Positions 47,401 to 57,245 are shown, counted from the first letter of the stretch. The stretch: 64,000 nt of DNA from Candidatus Marinacidobacterales bacterium (GCA_965226495.1 OZ245365.1:6016001-6080000), one strand, 5' to 3'. Translations and numbers: made by a program. Notes: generated from the letters alone by a model not told the origin.

Positions 47401-47884
47401 CCTCAAGCACAACGACAGGTTTGGCGATCCGTCCATTCTTCCGACTCCGGCGTTCCTTTACGGGCTGCAAGTGGGTGAAGAGGTCAGCGTGGACATCGAG
47501 CGGGGGAAGACCTTGATCGTCAAGCTCGTTGCGATCGGAGGCTCGACCGCCGACGGGCGCCGCATGGTGTACTTCGAGCTCAACGGTCAGCCCCGTGAAG
47601 TCGTTGTACGCGACTTGAGCGTTGCGATCTCCGAAGAGGTCGCGCTGATGGCCGATCCCTCGGATCCGCTCGACGTCGGTGCCAGCATGACTGGTAAGGT
47701 GCTTCGGATTCTTTGCAAGGTAGGCGATGCGGTCGAGCGCGGTGATGGTTTGCTGGTCCTCGAAGCCATGAAGATGGAAACGTCGGTCACCGCCCCCACC
47801 GGGGGCATCGTCGAACGCATCGATGTGGAGATCGGTGAGGATACGAAAGCCGGTCAGAGGGTAGCCCGGCTGCGCGACATTTAG
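44405..47884 (+). CDS. pyc: Pyruvate carboxylase
   Basis: ANRGEIA, RDCSVQRRHQK, RDAHQSL, HLHTHDT, biotin motif EAMKM. Confidence 0.97.
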   Translation: MCPPVGEKRRFSKVMAANRGEIAIRIFRACTELGIRTLAIYAHADQLSIHRYKADEAFPVGSPDEPVGAYLDQEAILDIALAHEVDAIHPGYGFLAENAEFARRCADAGVVFIGPRPEVLEAFGSKTSARQLAVEAGVPVVPGTEEPITSTEQVRGFASEHGYPILIKASFGGGGRGMRIVRSDEEVDQGFEQARSEAKAAFGREDVYCEKLLEQVKHIEIQLLADEHGQCIHLFERDCSVQRRHQKVVEFAPAISIGDQVRSELYQAALRIATTAGYNNAGTVEFLVDDQGYYFIEVNPRIQVEHTVTECITGRDLVQAQIRVAEGFRLRDPEIGISSQAAITKNGCAVQCRITAEDPQAEFAPSTGKIRAYRAAEGFGIRLDDGTAGAGTVISSYYDSLIVKVTATALDFKGARAKLLRSLREFRIRGVKTNMRFLENVISHARFVTGDIDTRFIDETPELFEFPPGRDRGTKLLRALADAVVNGPPGGKGPLKRPTPLLLPQVPALGRDPLRKEPEDGEAMAVFRDKGPEGLASWLREESRLWITDTTFRDAHQSLLSTRVRTADMEAIAPVTARIASNLFSVEMWGGATFDVAYRFLNEDPWERLSRLRAAMPNILFQMLLRGANAVGYTNYPDNVIRRFVGCAAEAGIDIFRIFDALNWVPNMTLAIEEVAKAGKVAEAAICYTGDISDPSRKKYDLDYYVGLAKELTKRGAHILAIKDMAGLLKPAAARQLIPALREETGLPVHLHTHDTSGNGVATYLMASEAGVDAIDCALASMSGLTSQPSLNAVCAALATNERRPTLDLEAMNRLDLYWERVRNLYESFESGLKASTAEVYEHEIPGGQYSNLLRRADQLGLGERWGELKEKYREVNLLLGDIIKVTPTSKVVADFAMFLVQNELTAEEAISQASRLDFPQSVVDFLAGGLGQPYGGFPERVQKAILKGRPAITDRVGEHLEPHDFDAAKTRLQERLGREPSEKALLSDALYPDVFEDYLKHNDRFGDPSILPTPAFLYGLQVGEEVSVDIERGKTLIVKLVAIGGSTADGRRMVYFELNGQPREVVVRDLSVAISEEVALMADPSDPLDVGASMTGKVLRILCKVGDAVERGDGLLVLEAMKMETSVTAPTGGIVERIDVEIGEDTKAGQRVARLRDI

Positions 47885-47914
47885 TGTGCCTCAATGCGCG
47901 CTCACTCCTCCATG

Positions 47915-48212
47915 AGTGACGCGGGGCCCCACCCCCACGCCTCATGCTTCGCCGGCAGGCGACTCCGCATGGGCTCATGGCTGCGTTCGCGCGTTTCGCG
48001 CCTCGCTCGTCGGGCACGGCCGTGGGGCCCCACCCCCTCGGCTCGTCCCTTCGCCGACAAGCGGCTGCGGGACGGCTGACGGCTCCGCTCGGCTTCCCGT
48101 TGTCGGCCCACTCGGGCCGGGCTCGCTTCTTTATCACTGCGGCGGGGCCCCACCCCCACCGCCATCCCTTCGCCGGCGCGCGGCTTCGGGACAGCTGATG
48201 GCTCCTCGCGCA
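47915..48212. repeat. Three imperfect ~100-120-bp tandem units between convergent genes
   Basis: GGGGCCCCACCCCC at 47923, 48024 and 48144, each followed by CTTCGCCG..GCG.CT.CG...GCT.A.GGCT. Confidence 0.75.
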
Positions 48213-48246
48213 GGGTGCCGCGAATCTCTTGAGCACCCTGCCAAGA

Positions 48247-49668
48247 CTATCTTCTGTAGTCGAGCGGCGGTTTCCGATCGCCTACCAACGGCTCGTACTT
48301 GAAATCGGGCCCCTGAGCTTCTCGAAGCTCCTCCTTGGCCTTGTCCACGATCGCCGGATCTTCAAAGAGATCGACTGCGGTCATCGCTAACGTCTTCGCC
48401 GCGACGGCCATCCCTTTGAGGCCGATGCTCGTACCGCCCGAGGCGACGGCCTGCCAGCTGTGGGACGGTGTCCCCGGTACCCATGTCGCGGCATAGAACT
48501 GCGCATACGGTACGACCCAGCTGACGTCCGCGACGTCTGAAGAGCCGGACACCATCGACGGCTTCCAGGGCAGAACTTCTGCCTGGGAGCCGATGGGTTT
48601 GGGCTTGGCAAGAGTCGTCTGGACCTTTTCGGCGAAGGCAGCTTCTTCCTTCGTATAGATCACTCCCGCAAAGGCGCGCAGGTTCTTGTCGAGGAGTCGG
48701 TGTACGGTTTCGTTCGGGTTCACCGCGTAGATGCCATGGATGATCTCGTATTCCATTCTCGTTCCCGTACCAAGGGCAGCTCCTTCGGCAGCCTTGTGAA
48801 CTCTTTCCCAAATCCCCCGCAAAGCTTCTACATCTGGGTGACGTGTGTAGTAATAGACCTCGGCGAAATCGGGCACCACATTGGGAGCCTCGCCTCCGCG
48901 AGTGATGATGTAGTGAATGCGGGCCGTCGAGTCGACGTGCTCCCGCATCAGATTGACCATGTAGTTCAGGGACTCGACGGCATCGAGGGCCGACCGCCCT
49001 TGTTCGGGAGCGCCCGCGGCGTGCGCCGAGCGGCCATGGAATCGGAACTTGGTGGAGATGTTGGCGAGCGAGGTGACCGGGCTCGCGTCGTTGCGATCGC
49101 CGGCGTGCCAGGCGATGGACACGTCGACGTCTTCGAAGAGTCTTTCTCGAACCATGTAGACCTTGCCGGCTCCACCTTCTTCCGCCGGTGTGCCGTAGAG
49201 GCGGATGGTTCCGCTAGTGCCAGACTTCTCTAGCCACTCTTTAACTGCGATAGCCGCCGCGGTCGAAGCGGTACCGAATAGATGATGTCCACACGCGTGC
49301 CCCGCCGTGCCCCCGGCTTCCTTCCGCTCGGTCGTCACTTGCTGCGATAGACCAGGCAAGGCGTCGTACTCGGCCAGGATCGCGATCACCGGTTTGCCTT
49401 CACCCCAGCTCGCGATAAAGGCGGTCGGCATGCCGGCGACGCCCGCCTGCACATCGAAGCCGGCCGCCTGCAGCTTGGATTGGAGAAGCGCGGAAGATAG
49501 ATCCTCTTGGTAGCCGACTTCTGCGAACCCCCAAATATCCATTGCGACTTTCGAGAAGTCTTCCTGGCGTTGGTCGAGGAAGCGGATGACTTGATCCTTG
49601 GCGTCCTCGGCCCCGGCGGTTCCGGAGAGGACGATCGTCAAGACGGTAACTATTGTTCTGGTTGTCAT
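48247..49668 (-). CDS. M20 amidohydrolase (AbgB-like)
   Basis: AEYDALPGLSQ, GHACGHHLFG, GTPAEEGG, HAAGAPEQGRSALDA, PSHSWQ. Confidence 0.9.
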   Translation of the reverse strand: MTTRTIVTVLTIVLSGTAGAEDAKDQVIRFLDQRQEDFSKVAMDIWGFAEVGYQEDLSSALLQSKLQAAGFDVQAGVAGMPTAFIASWGEGKPVIAILAEYDALPGLSQQVTTERKEAGGTAGHACGHHLFGTASTAAAIAVKEWLEKSGTSGTIRLYGTPAEEGGAGKVYMVRERLFEDVDVSIAWHAGDRNDASPVTSLANISTKFRFHGRSAHAAGAPEQGRSALDAVESLNYMVNLMREHVDSTARIHYIITRGGEAPNVVPDFAEVYYYTRHPDVEALRGIWERVHKAAEGAALGTGTRMEYEIIHGIYAVNPNETVHRLLDKNLRAFAGVIYTKEEAAFAEKVQTTLAKPKPIGSQAEVLPWKPSMVSGSSDVADVSWVVPYAQFYAATWVPGTPSHSWQAVASGGTSIGLKGMAVAAKTLAMTAVDLFEDPAIVDKAKEELREAQGPDFKYEPLVGDRKPPLDYRR

Positions 49669-50996
49669 TTCTGTCTCCTAGAATAAACGTGCCAGAGAAG
49701 CCCGACGCTGAGTAGAGCGAGTCCCGATAGCCACACCGACCGGTCCACCCAAAAAGCAAGAAAGAGGCAGGAGACAAGACCGCCCCAAGCGAATGCTCGC
49801 GGGTAGAGGCGCTCACTGGGTGGAAGTGCCAGCGCGGCGACATTCGTGATCGCGTAATACACCAGAACCGTGAAGGCGCTGAAAGACCAAGTCGTTTTGA
49901 CATCCCCGATGGTGACGAGACCGGTGATGATGAGACCGACCACAGCCACCGCGACGTAGGGCGTCGTTCGAGACTCGTTCAGGGTGGCGACCGCTTGCGG
50001 CAGGTCTCCCCGACGTCCCATTGCAAGGAGAACGCGTGAGAGGCCGAGAATGAGATTGAGAAGCACGCCGAGCATGGCGGTCATGGCGCCGATGGCGACG
50101 AGGAGAGGTACGCCCGGCACTCGGAAACTTTCGGCAACGATCTCGAGGGGTGCCGCTTCGCCGATCGTCGCGTTGGCGAGCGCCTCGGGACCCTGGGCAC
50201 CCACGGCAACGATCCCGACCGCCATATAGAGCGATGCCGACAACACGAGTGTCATGACGATGGCACGAGGGATGGTGCGACGGGGGTCGCGCACTTCCTC
50301 TCCGAGCGTCGCGATGCGTCCATATCCGGTGAAGGCTACGAACATCAGAGCGGAAGCCTCGAGAAACCCCGGCCACCCACCCGAAGTGGTTTGAGGAAAA
50401 AATGGCAGGAGATTCGCAGTTCCGATTCGCAGCAGATGGACGATCCCGACGAGCACGAAGAGACCGAGCGCAAACCACGTCAGCGAGACAATGAGAATGT
50501 TCGTCCAGTTCGCGCGCCGGATTCCCGTGAAAACGATCGCAGTCAAGACGAGCGTCGTCACTGCCGCGACGAGAACGAGCGACCCGCCGGCCTCCGCCCC
50601 GAGTGCGTGAAGAAGATAGCCCGAAAAACCGAGGGCCGCGGTCGCGGCAGATGCCGACTTGGCGCAAAGAAACATCCACCCCGCGGAAAATCCGAGCCAA
50701 GGCTTGAGGAAGTGATAACCGTACTCGTACGTACCGCCACTGACCGGATGGCTGGCCGCCAACTGAGCACTCGAAAGGGCGTTGCAGGTTGCGACCATAG
50801 CGGCCAAAGGGATCGCGAGAATGACGGAGGCGCCGCTCACACCGGCGGCAATGCCGATACTGACGAAGACTCCGGTGCCCACGATGGAGCCGAGCCCCAT
50901 CATCACCGCCGAAACGACCCCGAGCTCTCGAGGTAGCTGTCCGGACTTCGTGTCTGCCATCTCGGCTGCCATCTCGTCTGGCCGATACTTCAACAA
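49665..50996 (-). CDS. APC-family amino acid permease
   Basis: GLGSIVGTGVF, GGTYEY, FVAFTGY, EEVRDPRRTIPRAI. Confidence 0.9.
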   Translation of the reverse strand: MLKYRPDEMAAEMADTKSGQLPRELGVVSAVMMGLGSIVGTGVFVSIGIAAGVSGASVILAIPLAAMVATCNALSSAQLAASHPVSGGTYEYGYHFLKPWLGFSAGWMFLCAKSASAATAALGFSGYLLHALGAEAGGSLVLVAAVTTLVLTAIVFTGIRRANWTNILIVSLTWFALGLFVLVGIVHLLRIGTANLLPFFPQTTSGGWPGFLEASALMFVAFTGYGRIATLGEEVRDPRRTIPRAIVMTLVLSASLYMAVGIVAVGAQGPEALANATIGEAAPLEIVAESFRVPGVPLLVAIGAMTAMLGVLLNLILGLSRVLLAMGRRGDLPQAVATLNESRTTPYVAVAVVGLIITGLVTIGDVKTTWSFSAFTVLVYYAITNVAALALPPSERLYPRAFAWGGLVSCLFLAFWVDRSVWLSGLALLSVGLLWHVYSRRQK

Positions 50997-51059
50997 ACGT
51001 TTTGCATCCGCAAGTGCTTCGCTTGAGAAATAGAAGGATGAATGGTAGACGAGGGGGCC

Positions 51060-53027
51060 ATGAGCGCCAAACCAGGCCTGCCGCCCGAAGCGTACGAAGA
51101 AATTCCGGGCGATCAGTATCCGCCATACGTTCCCCCGAGCCAGTCACCACCCGAGTTCACGTTCCGATCGTTGGTTCTCGGTGCTCTCTTCGGAATTCTC
51201 TTCGGTGCCGCGAATACGTACCTGGGACTTCGGGTCGGACTTACCATCTCGACGTCGATCCCAGTGGCGGTGATGACGGTGCTCGCGTTCGCCGTGCTTC
51301 CAAAGAGGGCCGACGGGCAGACGAGCATCCTCGAAGCCAATATGAGCCAGACCATCGGCTCCGCGTCGTCCTCTCTAGCTTCGGGGCTCATCTTTACCAT
51401 TCCGGCGCTTTTCTTATGGGGGATCGTGCCGAGTCTTCCCAAGATGACGGTGATCGCCCTCGCCGGTGGTCTTCTGGGCGTGCTCTTCATGGTGCCGTTG
51501 CGCCGGTACCTGATACGTGGCGAGCACGGCAAGCTCCCGTACCCTGAAGGAACCGCTTGCGGAGAGGTGTTGGTGGCGAGCGAGATCGGTGGTGCGAAGG
51601 CGAGAGAAGTATTTCTCGGTCTCGGCGTGGGCGCTGTCTATCGTCTACTGCAGGGGGCCTTGAAACTGTGGCACGGGGAGCTTTCGGTGAGGCTGCCGTT
51701 TCTCCCGAAGGCCGAAGTCGCCCTCGAAACATCTCCTGCGCTTCTCGGCGTCGGTTACATTCTCGGCCCGCGTATCGCCAACGTGATGGTGGGAGGGTCG
51801 TTGCTCTCTTGGGTCATCTTGATACCAGCGATCGCCTGGGTCGGAAACGATTGGACAACGCCTCTCTACCCCGAGTCGGAAGCACTCGTACGCGACATGT
51901 CGCCGTCAACGCTTTGGACTCGTTACATTCGTTACATTGGCGCGGGGGCGGTGGCTATGGGTGGCATCATTACTTTGGTACGCGCCGTACCCACGATGGT
52001 GTCGGCTTTCAAACTGGGTTTCGAACAACTTCGCCGGCGCGTATCGCCGACGACCGCCGATGATACGGAACGTACGGACCGCGACTTACCGATGAAGTGG
52101 GTCATTCTCGGAGTCACGATTGTGGTTCTCTTTATGGCGCTAGTTCCGCACGTTCTCGGGTTTCTCGAGAGTGCAGGATTGCGGCTCGTCGCCGCAGCGT
52201 TGGTGGCGGTCTTTGCGTTCTTCTTCGTAACGGTCTCGTCACGGATCGTCGGTTTGGTCGGCGTGACCAGCAACCCGACTTCCGGAATGACCATTGCGAC
52301 GCTTCTCGGAACGAGCGGACTCTTTCTCGCTTTCGGGTGGACCGATTTGCAAGGCCAGGCGGCGGCCCTCACCGTAGGTGCTGTAGTTGCGATCGCCGCT
52401 TCGATCGCCGGCGACACCAGCCAAGATCTCAAAACGGGATTTCTGCTGGGTGCCACACCCGCTCGCCAGCAAAAAGGCGAGCTCATTGGCGTTCTCACTT
52501 CGGCTTTTTTTGTGGCACTCACTTTGACGGTGCTGTCCGAAGCCTATGGTTTTGGCACGCGTGAGCTTCCCGCGCCCCAAGCCAACATGATGATGATCGT
52601 CATCGAGGGTGTCTTGGGTCAAGATCTTCCCTGGCTCTTGGTGGGCATCGGTGCTGTCATTTCCATTTTGGCTGAGCTCGCCGGCCTCCCGTCACTCGCG
52701 TTTGCCGTGGGTATCTACTTGCCGCTGGCTACCATGTCGCCGGTGTTCGTGGGCGGGCTCCTTCGTTGGATGTCGGAGAAAAGAGCGCGTGATGAGGACG
52801 ATCGGCGGGAGCGAAGAGAACGCGGCATCTTGTTCGGCTCCGGCCTAGTAGGCGGCGAGGGGTTGTTGGGCGTGGGCATTGCAGCCTACGCCGTCTTGAC
52901 TACTAGCGCACCAGCCGGCATCGGAGGCGATTGGGCCGGAGCACTCGCTCCGTGGGTGCCCATCCTGCCGTTTGGCTTCCTGGTGTGGATGCTTTGGCGA
53001 GCCGCCCAAGCTCGTTCGAGCCAATAA
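51060..53027 (+). CDS. OPT-family oligopeptide transporter
   Basis: ANTYLGLRVGLT, LPYPEGTAC, SNPTSG, QDLKTG, APQA, GIYLP. Confidence 0.92.
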   Translation: MSAKPGLPPEAYEEIPGDQYPPYVPPSQSPPEFTFRSLVLGALFGILFGAANTYLGLRVGLTISTSIPVAVMTVLAFAVLPKRADGQTSILEANMSQTIGSASSSLASGLIFTIPALFLWGIVPSLPKMTVIALAGGLLGVLFMVPLRRYLIRGEHGKLPYPEGTACGEVLVASEIGGAKAREVFLGLGVGAVYRLLQGALKLWHGELSVRLPFLPKAEVALETSPALLGVGYILGPRIANVMVGGSLLSWVILIPAIAWVGNDWTTPLYPESEALVRDMSPSTLWTRYIRYIGAGAVAMGGIITLVRAVPTMVSAFKLGFEQLRRRVSPTTADDTERTDRDLPMKWVILGVTIVVLFMALVPHVLGFLESAGLRLVAAALVAVFAFFFVTVSSRIVGLVGVTSNPTSGMTIATLLGTSGLFLAFGWTDLQGQAAALTVGAVVAIAASIAGDTSQDLKTGFLLGATPARQQKGELIGVLTSAFFVALTLTVLSEAYGFGTRELPAPQANMMMIVIEGVLGQDLPWLLVGIGAVISILAELAGLPSLAFAVGIYLPLATMSPVFVGGLLRWMSEKRARDEDDRRERRERGILFGSGLVGGEGLLGVGIAAYAVLTTSAPAGIGGDWAGALAPWVPILPFGFLVWMLWRAAQARSSQ

Positions 53028-53084
53028 GGAGGGGGATAGGGGTTGCCGAATAAAGTGGCTACAATGGCTACCTAGGAGATAGAG

Positions 53085-53366
53085 ATGAGCACGGTCGGGA
53101 TTAGAGAGCTGAAGAACCGTCTGACCGAATACCTTCGCCGAACGAAGAAGGGTGAAGAAGTCATCGTCACAGAGCGGGGGAAACCGATTGCGGTCATCCA
53201 ACCGATAGAGTCTGTCCAACAACTCCAAAGTCTGGAAGCGAAGTTAGCGAAGCTGGCAGCATTGGGGATCGTTACGCTTCCTGTCAGGAAGCCACGGAAG
53301 AAAATCCGCCTCGTGACCGCTTCGGGAACACCTGTGTCCGAAACAATTCTTACCGAGCGACGATGA
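53085..53366 (+). CDS. Phd/YefM antitoxin
   Basis: VGIRELKNRLTEYLRR...GEEVIVTERGKPIA; TGGCTAC direct repeat upstream. Confidence 0.88.
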   Translation: MSTVGIRELKNRLTEYLRRTKKGEEVIVTERGKPIAVIQPIESVQQLQSLEAKLAKLAALGIVTLPVRKPRKKIRLVTASGTPVSETILTERR

Positions 53367-53380
53367 TCTACCTCGATTAG
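53363..53380 (+). pseudogene. VapC toxin stub (MIYLD*)
   Basis: ATG ATC TAC CTC GAT TAG overlapping the antitoxin stop; matches the usual PIN N-terminus. Confidence 0.6.
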
Positions 53381-53383
53381 CGT

Positions 53384-54478
53384 ATGAAAATAAGGAGCGT
53401 CAAAGCCATTGGACTCGAATGCCCTATCGAGGGCTGGTTTCTCCCTACCCGGACCTATGTGCTGGTCGAGATCACGACCGACGAAGGCATCACCGGCATC
53501 GGTCAGTGCGGGACAGTGGGCCATCCCGAGATCGCGAGAATCATCGACAAGCGGATGGCGCCGCTTCTGGTCGGCGAAGACCCGTTCGACCGGCCTCGCA
53601 TCTGGGCCAAGCTCTGGGACGATCCGAGAGTCGTTCTTTCCTGGGGGCACAAAGGTGCCGAAGCCTACGCGCTGAGCGGTATCGATATCGCGCTCTGGGA
53701 TATCGAAGGGAAAGCCTGTGGCCAGCCGATCCATAAACTGCTCGGCGCTTCCCGCAGCAAGATCCGCGCCTACTCGAGTCACGGCGACCCGGACAAAGTC
53801 GAAGAGTACAAGAGCCGGGGGTTCACCGCCTACAAGTTCGGAGAATGGCATGGCGAGCCCGGCGACTTGAAGCAGATCGATCGCATGGTTGCGAAGCTGA
53901 GGCGGGCCATCGGAGACGAGGCTGCCCTCTTGTTCGACGGTTTCCAACGATACGATCTAGCCAAGGCGGTAAAAGTCGCCAGAGTGTTGGAAGAGTACGA
54001 TGCGTTCTTCTTCGAAGAGCCCGTCCTGTCATACGACTTCGACAGTATGGCGGCGCTCGCAAGTCGGACCACCGTTCCTCTCGCGGCCGGTGAGCATCAG
54101 TTTACGGTTCGCGAGGCTTCCGATCTGATCCTCAAGGCGGGGATTCAGTACGTCCAACCCGAGATCACAAACTGCGGCGGCATCACCGAAGCGATGAAGA
54201 TCGCCGCCGTTGCTGAGTCGCGTGGTGTGAAGCTCTGTCCCCACTGCGGGGACAGCCCGGTGGATGTGGCGTCGATGCTGCAGGTTGTGGGTGCCGCCCC
54301 CAACGCCATCTTCGGCGAATGGCAGGCGGCCCTCGATTACCCCATGCGATGGGAGCTTCTCAAGGAACCCATCAAAGTAACCGCGGATGGTTTCATCGAG
54401 ATACCCACCGGGCCAGGGTTGGGCATCGAGCTCGATCCGAAAGCCGTCGAGAAATACCGCTGGGATTACTGGGCGTAA
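53384..54478 (+). CDS. Mandelate racemase/muconate lactonizing enzyme family protein
   Basis: SGIDIALWDI.GK...PI.KLLG, FEEP, AGE, QPE...GGITE, PH, P.GPGLG. Confidence 0.92.
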   Translation: MKIRSVKAIGLECPIEGWFLPTRTYVLVEITTDEGITGIGQCGTVGHPEIARIIDKRMAPLLVGEDPFDRPRIWAKLWDDPRVVLSWGHKGAEAYALSGIDIALWDIEGKACGQPIHKLLGASRSKIRAYSSHGDPDKVEEYKSRGFTAYKFGEWHGEPGDLKQIDRMVAKLRRAIGDEAALLFDGFQRYDLAKAVKVARVLEEYDAFFFEEPVLSYDFDSMAALASRTTVPLAAGEHQFTVREASDLILKAGIQYVQPEITNCGGITEAMKIAAVAESRGVKLCPHCGDSPVDVASMLQVVGAAPNAIFGEWQAALDYPMRWELLKEPIKVTADGFIEIPTGPGLGIELDPKAVEKYRWDYWA

Positions 54479-54534
54479 TCAGTTCGTCGGAACGAGCTGC
54501 TTTATCTTCGAACCAGCTGAGAGATAGCAACTTG

Positions 54535-56372
54535 GGACGTGAGAAAAATTCGGATTGCGGGGAGATGGGGATGGTTGGTCCACAGTTCTGACGATCACGG
54601 CGATCGGGCCGGCATCCCGCGGATTCACGCCGTTATCGGCGCTGGAGTTTCGATGATGCCTTCTGACACGCTGAAACTCGCCCGGCTGCGTGTGCACAAT
54701 CGCCGGTCGGGTGGCGCTCACGCCGGCACGGGCTCCGATACCAAGTTCGGCCTCCATCGGAGGCGAATCCACTGCTGGATATCGTAGGTGAGGGCGGCCC
54801 AGAGAGATTCGGTGCGCACTTTGGCGATTCCGCGCACGCTAAACTGCCGCAGGCCGAACTTGGCTTTGATCCAAAGATTCGGAAACTCGGCCACCTGCGA
54901 GCGTGTCTTATAGATGGCCTTGGCTTCGTCGGTCTGCATCTTCTGCCGGAATGCGGCTATCTCCGGCAAGGGTTCGAGCCTTTCGATCGACCGACCGCTC
55001 GACGCGCGAGGACAGCAGAACTCCTTGACCGAGCACGTGTCGCAATCTTTCGCCGAGGCCTTGTATCGATAGCGCATCATGCCATCGCGTTCGAACTTTG
55101 CGTCGTAGCGTAAACGCTTGCCCTGCGGGCATACGTACGTGTTGCTCGCCTCATCGTGCACAAAGCTCGATGCTTCGAAAGCCGAAATAATGCCGTAGCG
55201 CTGATAGGACTTGCGCCGATTGGCCTCTGCCGACTTGCCCCGGGGCTCAGGGCCGACGAGGTCGATGCCGCGCTTCGCCATCTCCACGATGTTGTGGCTA
55301 CTGATGTAGCCCCCATCTACGACCACCTGATCGGGCGTGCGCTGCAGCGTCTGTTCGATCCGTTCCATCGCCGGCGTCAGCTGCTGATAATCGCTGCCGG
55401 CCTGCGTGGCATCGATGTCGACAATCAAGCCGTGCGCGGCATCCGTTAAGATCTGGACGTTGTAGCTGGGCGCGGAACCGCCCTCGGCTTGCTTCATCAC
55501 CCGCGCGTCGGGGTCGGTCGTGCTCACGCGCTCCATGCGGCTTTTCGCCGCTTTCAGCTTGTCGAATTCCTTCAACGCTGATTCTAGCCGCTGGCGTCTC
55601 TCACGCTTGGCGCGTTGCTGCGCTGCCTGCATCTGCCGGCTCGATTCCTCCTCCGTCTGTGCCTCGAGGGCCTCGACCGCCTCACGCGCCTGCTCCAGAT
55701 ACGCCTCGACTCGAGGCTTACGGCGAAATCTATTCGACGATGCGTTCGCGCGCACCTTCGTCCCATCCTGCATGACCCGCTCGAGTGGGATCAATCCTTC
55801 CGCACTCAGCAGCCCTAACGTTTGCACAAACAACTCGTGCAAGGCGTCCGCATGCGCGACCCGAAAGTCCGACAGCGTGTGCGCACTGATGCCTTCCATC
55901 CCCGTCAGCCATTGATACCCCGGCTCATGCTCGCACAGTCGCTCAATCGCGCGGGCCGAACTCTCTCCCCGGCTGTAGCTGTAGACCCAAAGGCTCACCA
56001 GAAGCTGCGGGTCAAACGCAGGCCGGCCTGCGGCACCGGCGACCGAGCGGACCTGCTCCCTATAGCGACTAAGATCCAGCTGCCCCACGAACTCCCAGAT
56101 CGCACGCGCTGGGTGATCCCTGGGGATCAACCGCTCCACGTCGACCGTCCGCAGCAGCATCTGCGTGCGATCGACCACCTTCAACCGAGCCTCTCCCGCC
56201 CGCTCGCACTCATCGCCGTCACCACCATCGCCAGGCACGGGCAAGCCCGGCAACGACGCTTGCTTATCGCCCACGCTTACCCCACTTCCTCCTACGATTC
56301 GTCACGTATCCCATGACCGCAATCTTGCAACATAGCTGCAACGTGAGTAAAGCCCAATTTTTTCTCACGTCC
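54535..56372 (-). mobile_element. IS1182-family insertion sequence
   Basis: Terminal IRs GGACGTGAGAAAAATTCGG and (reverse complement) GGACGTGAGAAAAAATTGGG. No clear target duplication seen. Confidence 0.8.
54718..56274 (-). CDS. IS1182-family transposase
   Basis: GRPAFDP, SSARAIE, TLSDFR, DGTKVRANAS, TDPDARVMK, YNVQ, DGGY, CPQG, YKTRSQVAE. Confidence 0.93.
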   Translation of the reverse strand: MGDKQASLPGLPVPGDGGDGDECERAGEARLKVVDRTQMLLRTVDVERLIPRDHPARAIWEFVGQLDLSRYREQVRSVAGAAGRPAFDPQLLVSLWVYSYSRGESSARAIERLCEHEPGYQWLTGMEGISAHTLSDFRVAHADALHELFVQTLGLLSAEGLIPLERVMQDGTKVRANASSNRFRRKPRVEAYLEQAREAVEALEAQTEEESSRQMQAAQQRAKRERRQRLESALKEFDKLKAAKSRMERVSTTDPDARVMKQAEGGSAPSYNVQILTDAAHGLIVDIDATQAGSDYQQLTPAMERIEQTLQRTPDQVVVDGGYISSHNIVEMAKRGIDLVGPEPRGKSAEANRRKSYQRYGIISAFEASSFVHDEASNTYVCPQGKRLRYDAKFERDGMMRYRYKASAKDCDTCSVKEFCCPRASSGRSIERLEPLPEIAAFRQKMQTDEAKAIYKTRSQVAEFPNLWIKAKFGLRQFSVRGIAKVRTESLWAALTYDIQQWIRLRWRPNLVSEPVPA

Positions 56373-56414
56373 TCGGTCCGGAACGAGTAACGAAAAGTAA
56401 CAACTGTGCCGCGG

Positions 56415-57245
56415 CTATTTCCTTGCACGCGGGTTGAGCGCGTCGTTGAGCCCATCCCCCATAAGATTGATCGCCAGCACCGTCATCAATACTGCGAGCC
56501 CTGGAAAAGCCGCGATCCACCAGCCGCTCCGCAGATAAGCCTGAGCATTCCGAAGCATGTAACCCCAGCTCATGACGTTGGGATCTCCCAACCCTACGAA
56601 GCTCAGTGAGGCCTCGGCGAGTATCGCGTAGCCCACTTGCAGCGCCGCCACCGCCACCACCGGCGGTATGGCGTTGGGTAGTATTTCCTTGAACGCCAGG
56701 CGAAGATTCCCGGCCCCGCCGAGACGGGCAGCATCGACAAACTCCATCTCCTTCCACTTGAAGAACTCGGCGCGGAGTAGTCGCGCGATGGACGGCCAGG
56801 CGAGAAGTCCTATCACGAGGACCAGGTTCCGGATCTCGGCGCCGACGAAGGCCACCACCAGCACGGCTAGGAAAAAAGGGGGGATGGTCATGAAGATATC
56901 TGTGACTCTCATGATGAAACCGTCCACCCGGCCTCCGTAGAATCCTGCGATCGCACCGAGGAAGATGCCAATCGCCGCCGAGGTCAGGGCGGCGAATAGT
57001 CCGACCGCGATCGACGTCCGGGCTCCGTAGAGAATCCCGCTCATCACGTCCCGCCCCATGTTGTCGGTGCCCATGAGGTGCGCACCTTCGGGTGCGAGAA
57101 AGGGCTCGCCGCCGAGCTCGAACGGCTCGAACGGTGCCAGCACCGGCGCCAGAAGGGCGGCAACGATCAGCAGGAAGCCAATCGACAAGCCCGCCACCGC
57201 GGGGCGATTCGATCTGAACTCGCGCCAAGGCGATGTCTCGCTCAT
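56415..57245 (-). CDS. Peptide/nickel ABC permease (DppC-like)
   Basis: HLMGTDNMGRD, EFVDAAR..GA, ILPN, EASLSFVGLG, GDGLNDALNP. Confidence 0.9.
   Translation of the reverse strand: MSETSPWREFRSNRPAVAGLSIGFLLIVAALLAPVLAPFEPFELGGEPFLAPEGAHLMGTDNMGRDVMSGILYGARTSIAVGLFAALTSAAIGIFLGAIAGFYGGRVDGFIMRVTDIFMTIPPFFLAVLVVAFVGAEIRNLVLVIGLLAWPSIARLLRAEFFKWKEMEFVDAARLGGAGNLRLAFKEILPNAIPPVVAVAALQVGYAILAEASLSFVGLGDPNVMSWGYMLRNAQAYLRSGWWIAAFPGLAVLMTVLAINLMGDGLNDALNPRARK

Noticed and set aside
47915-48212. CRISPR array
   Set aside because: The invariant part is only 14 bp, the period is 101-120 bp, the intervening sequences resemble each other, and there are no cas genes in the window.
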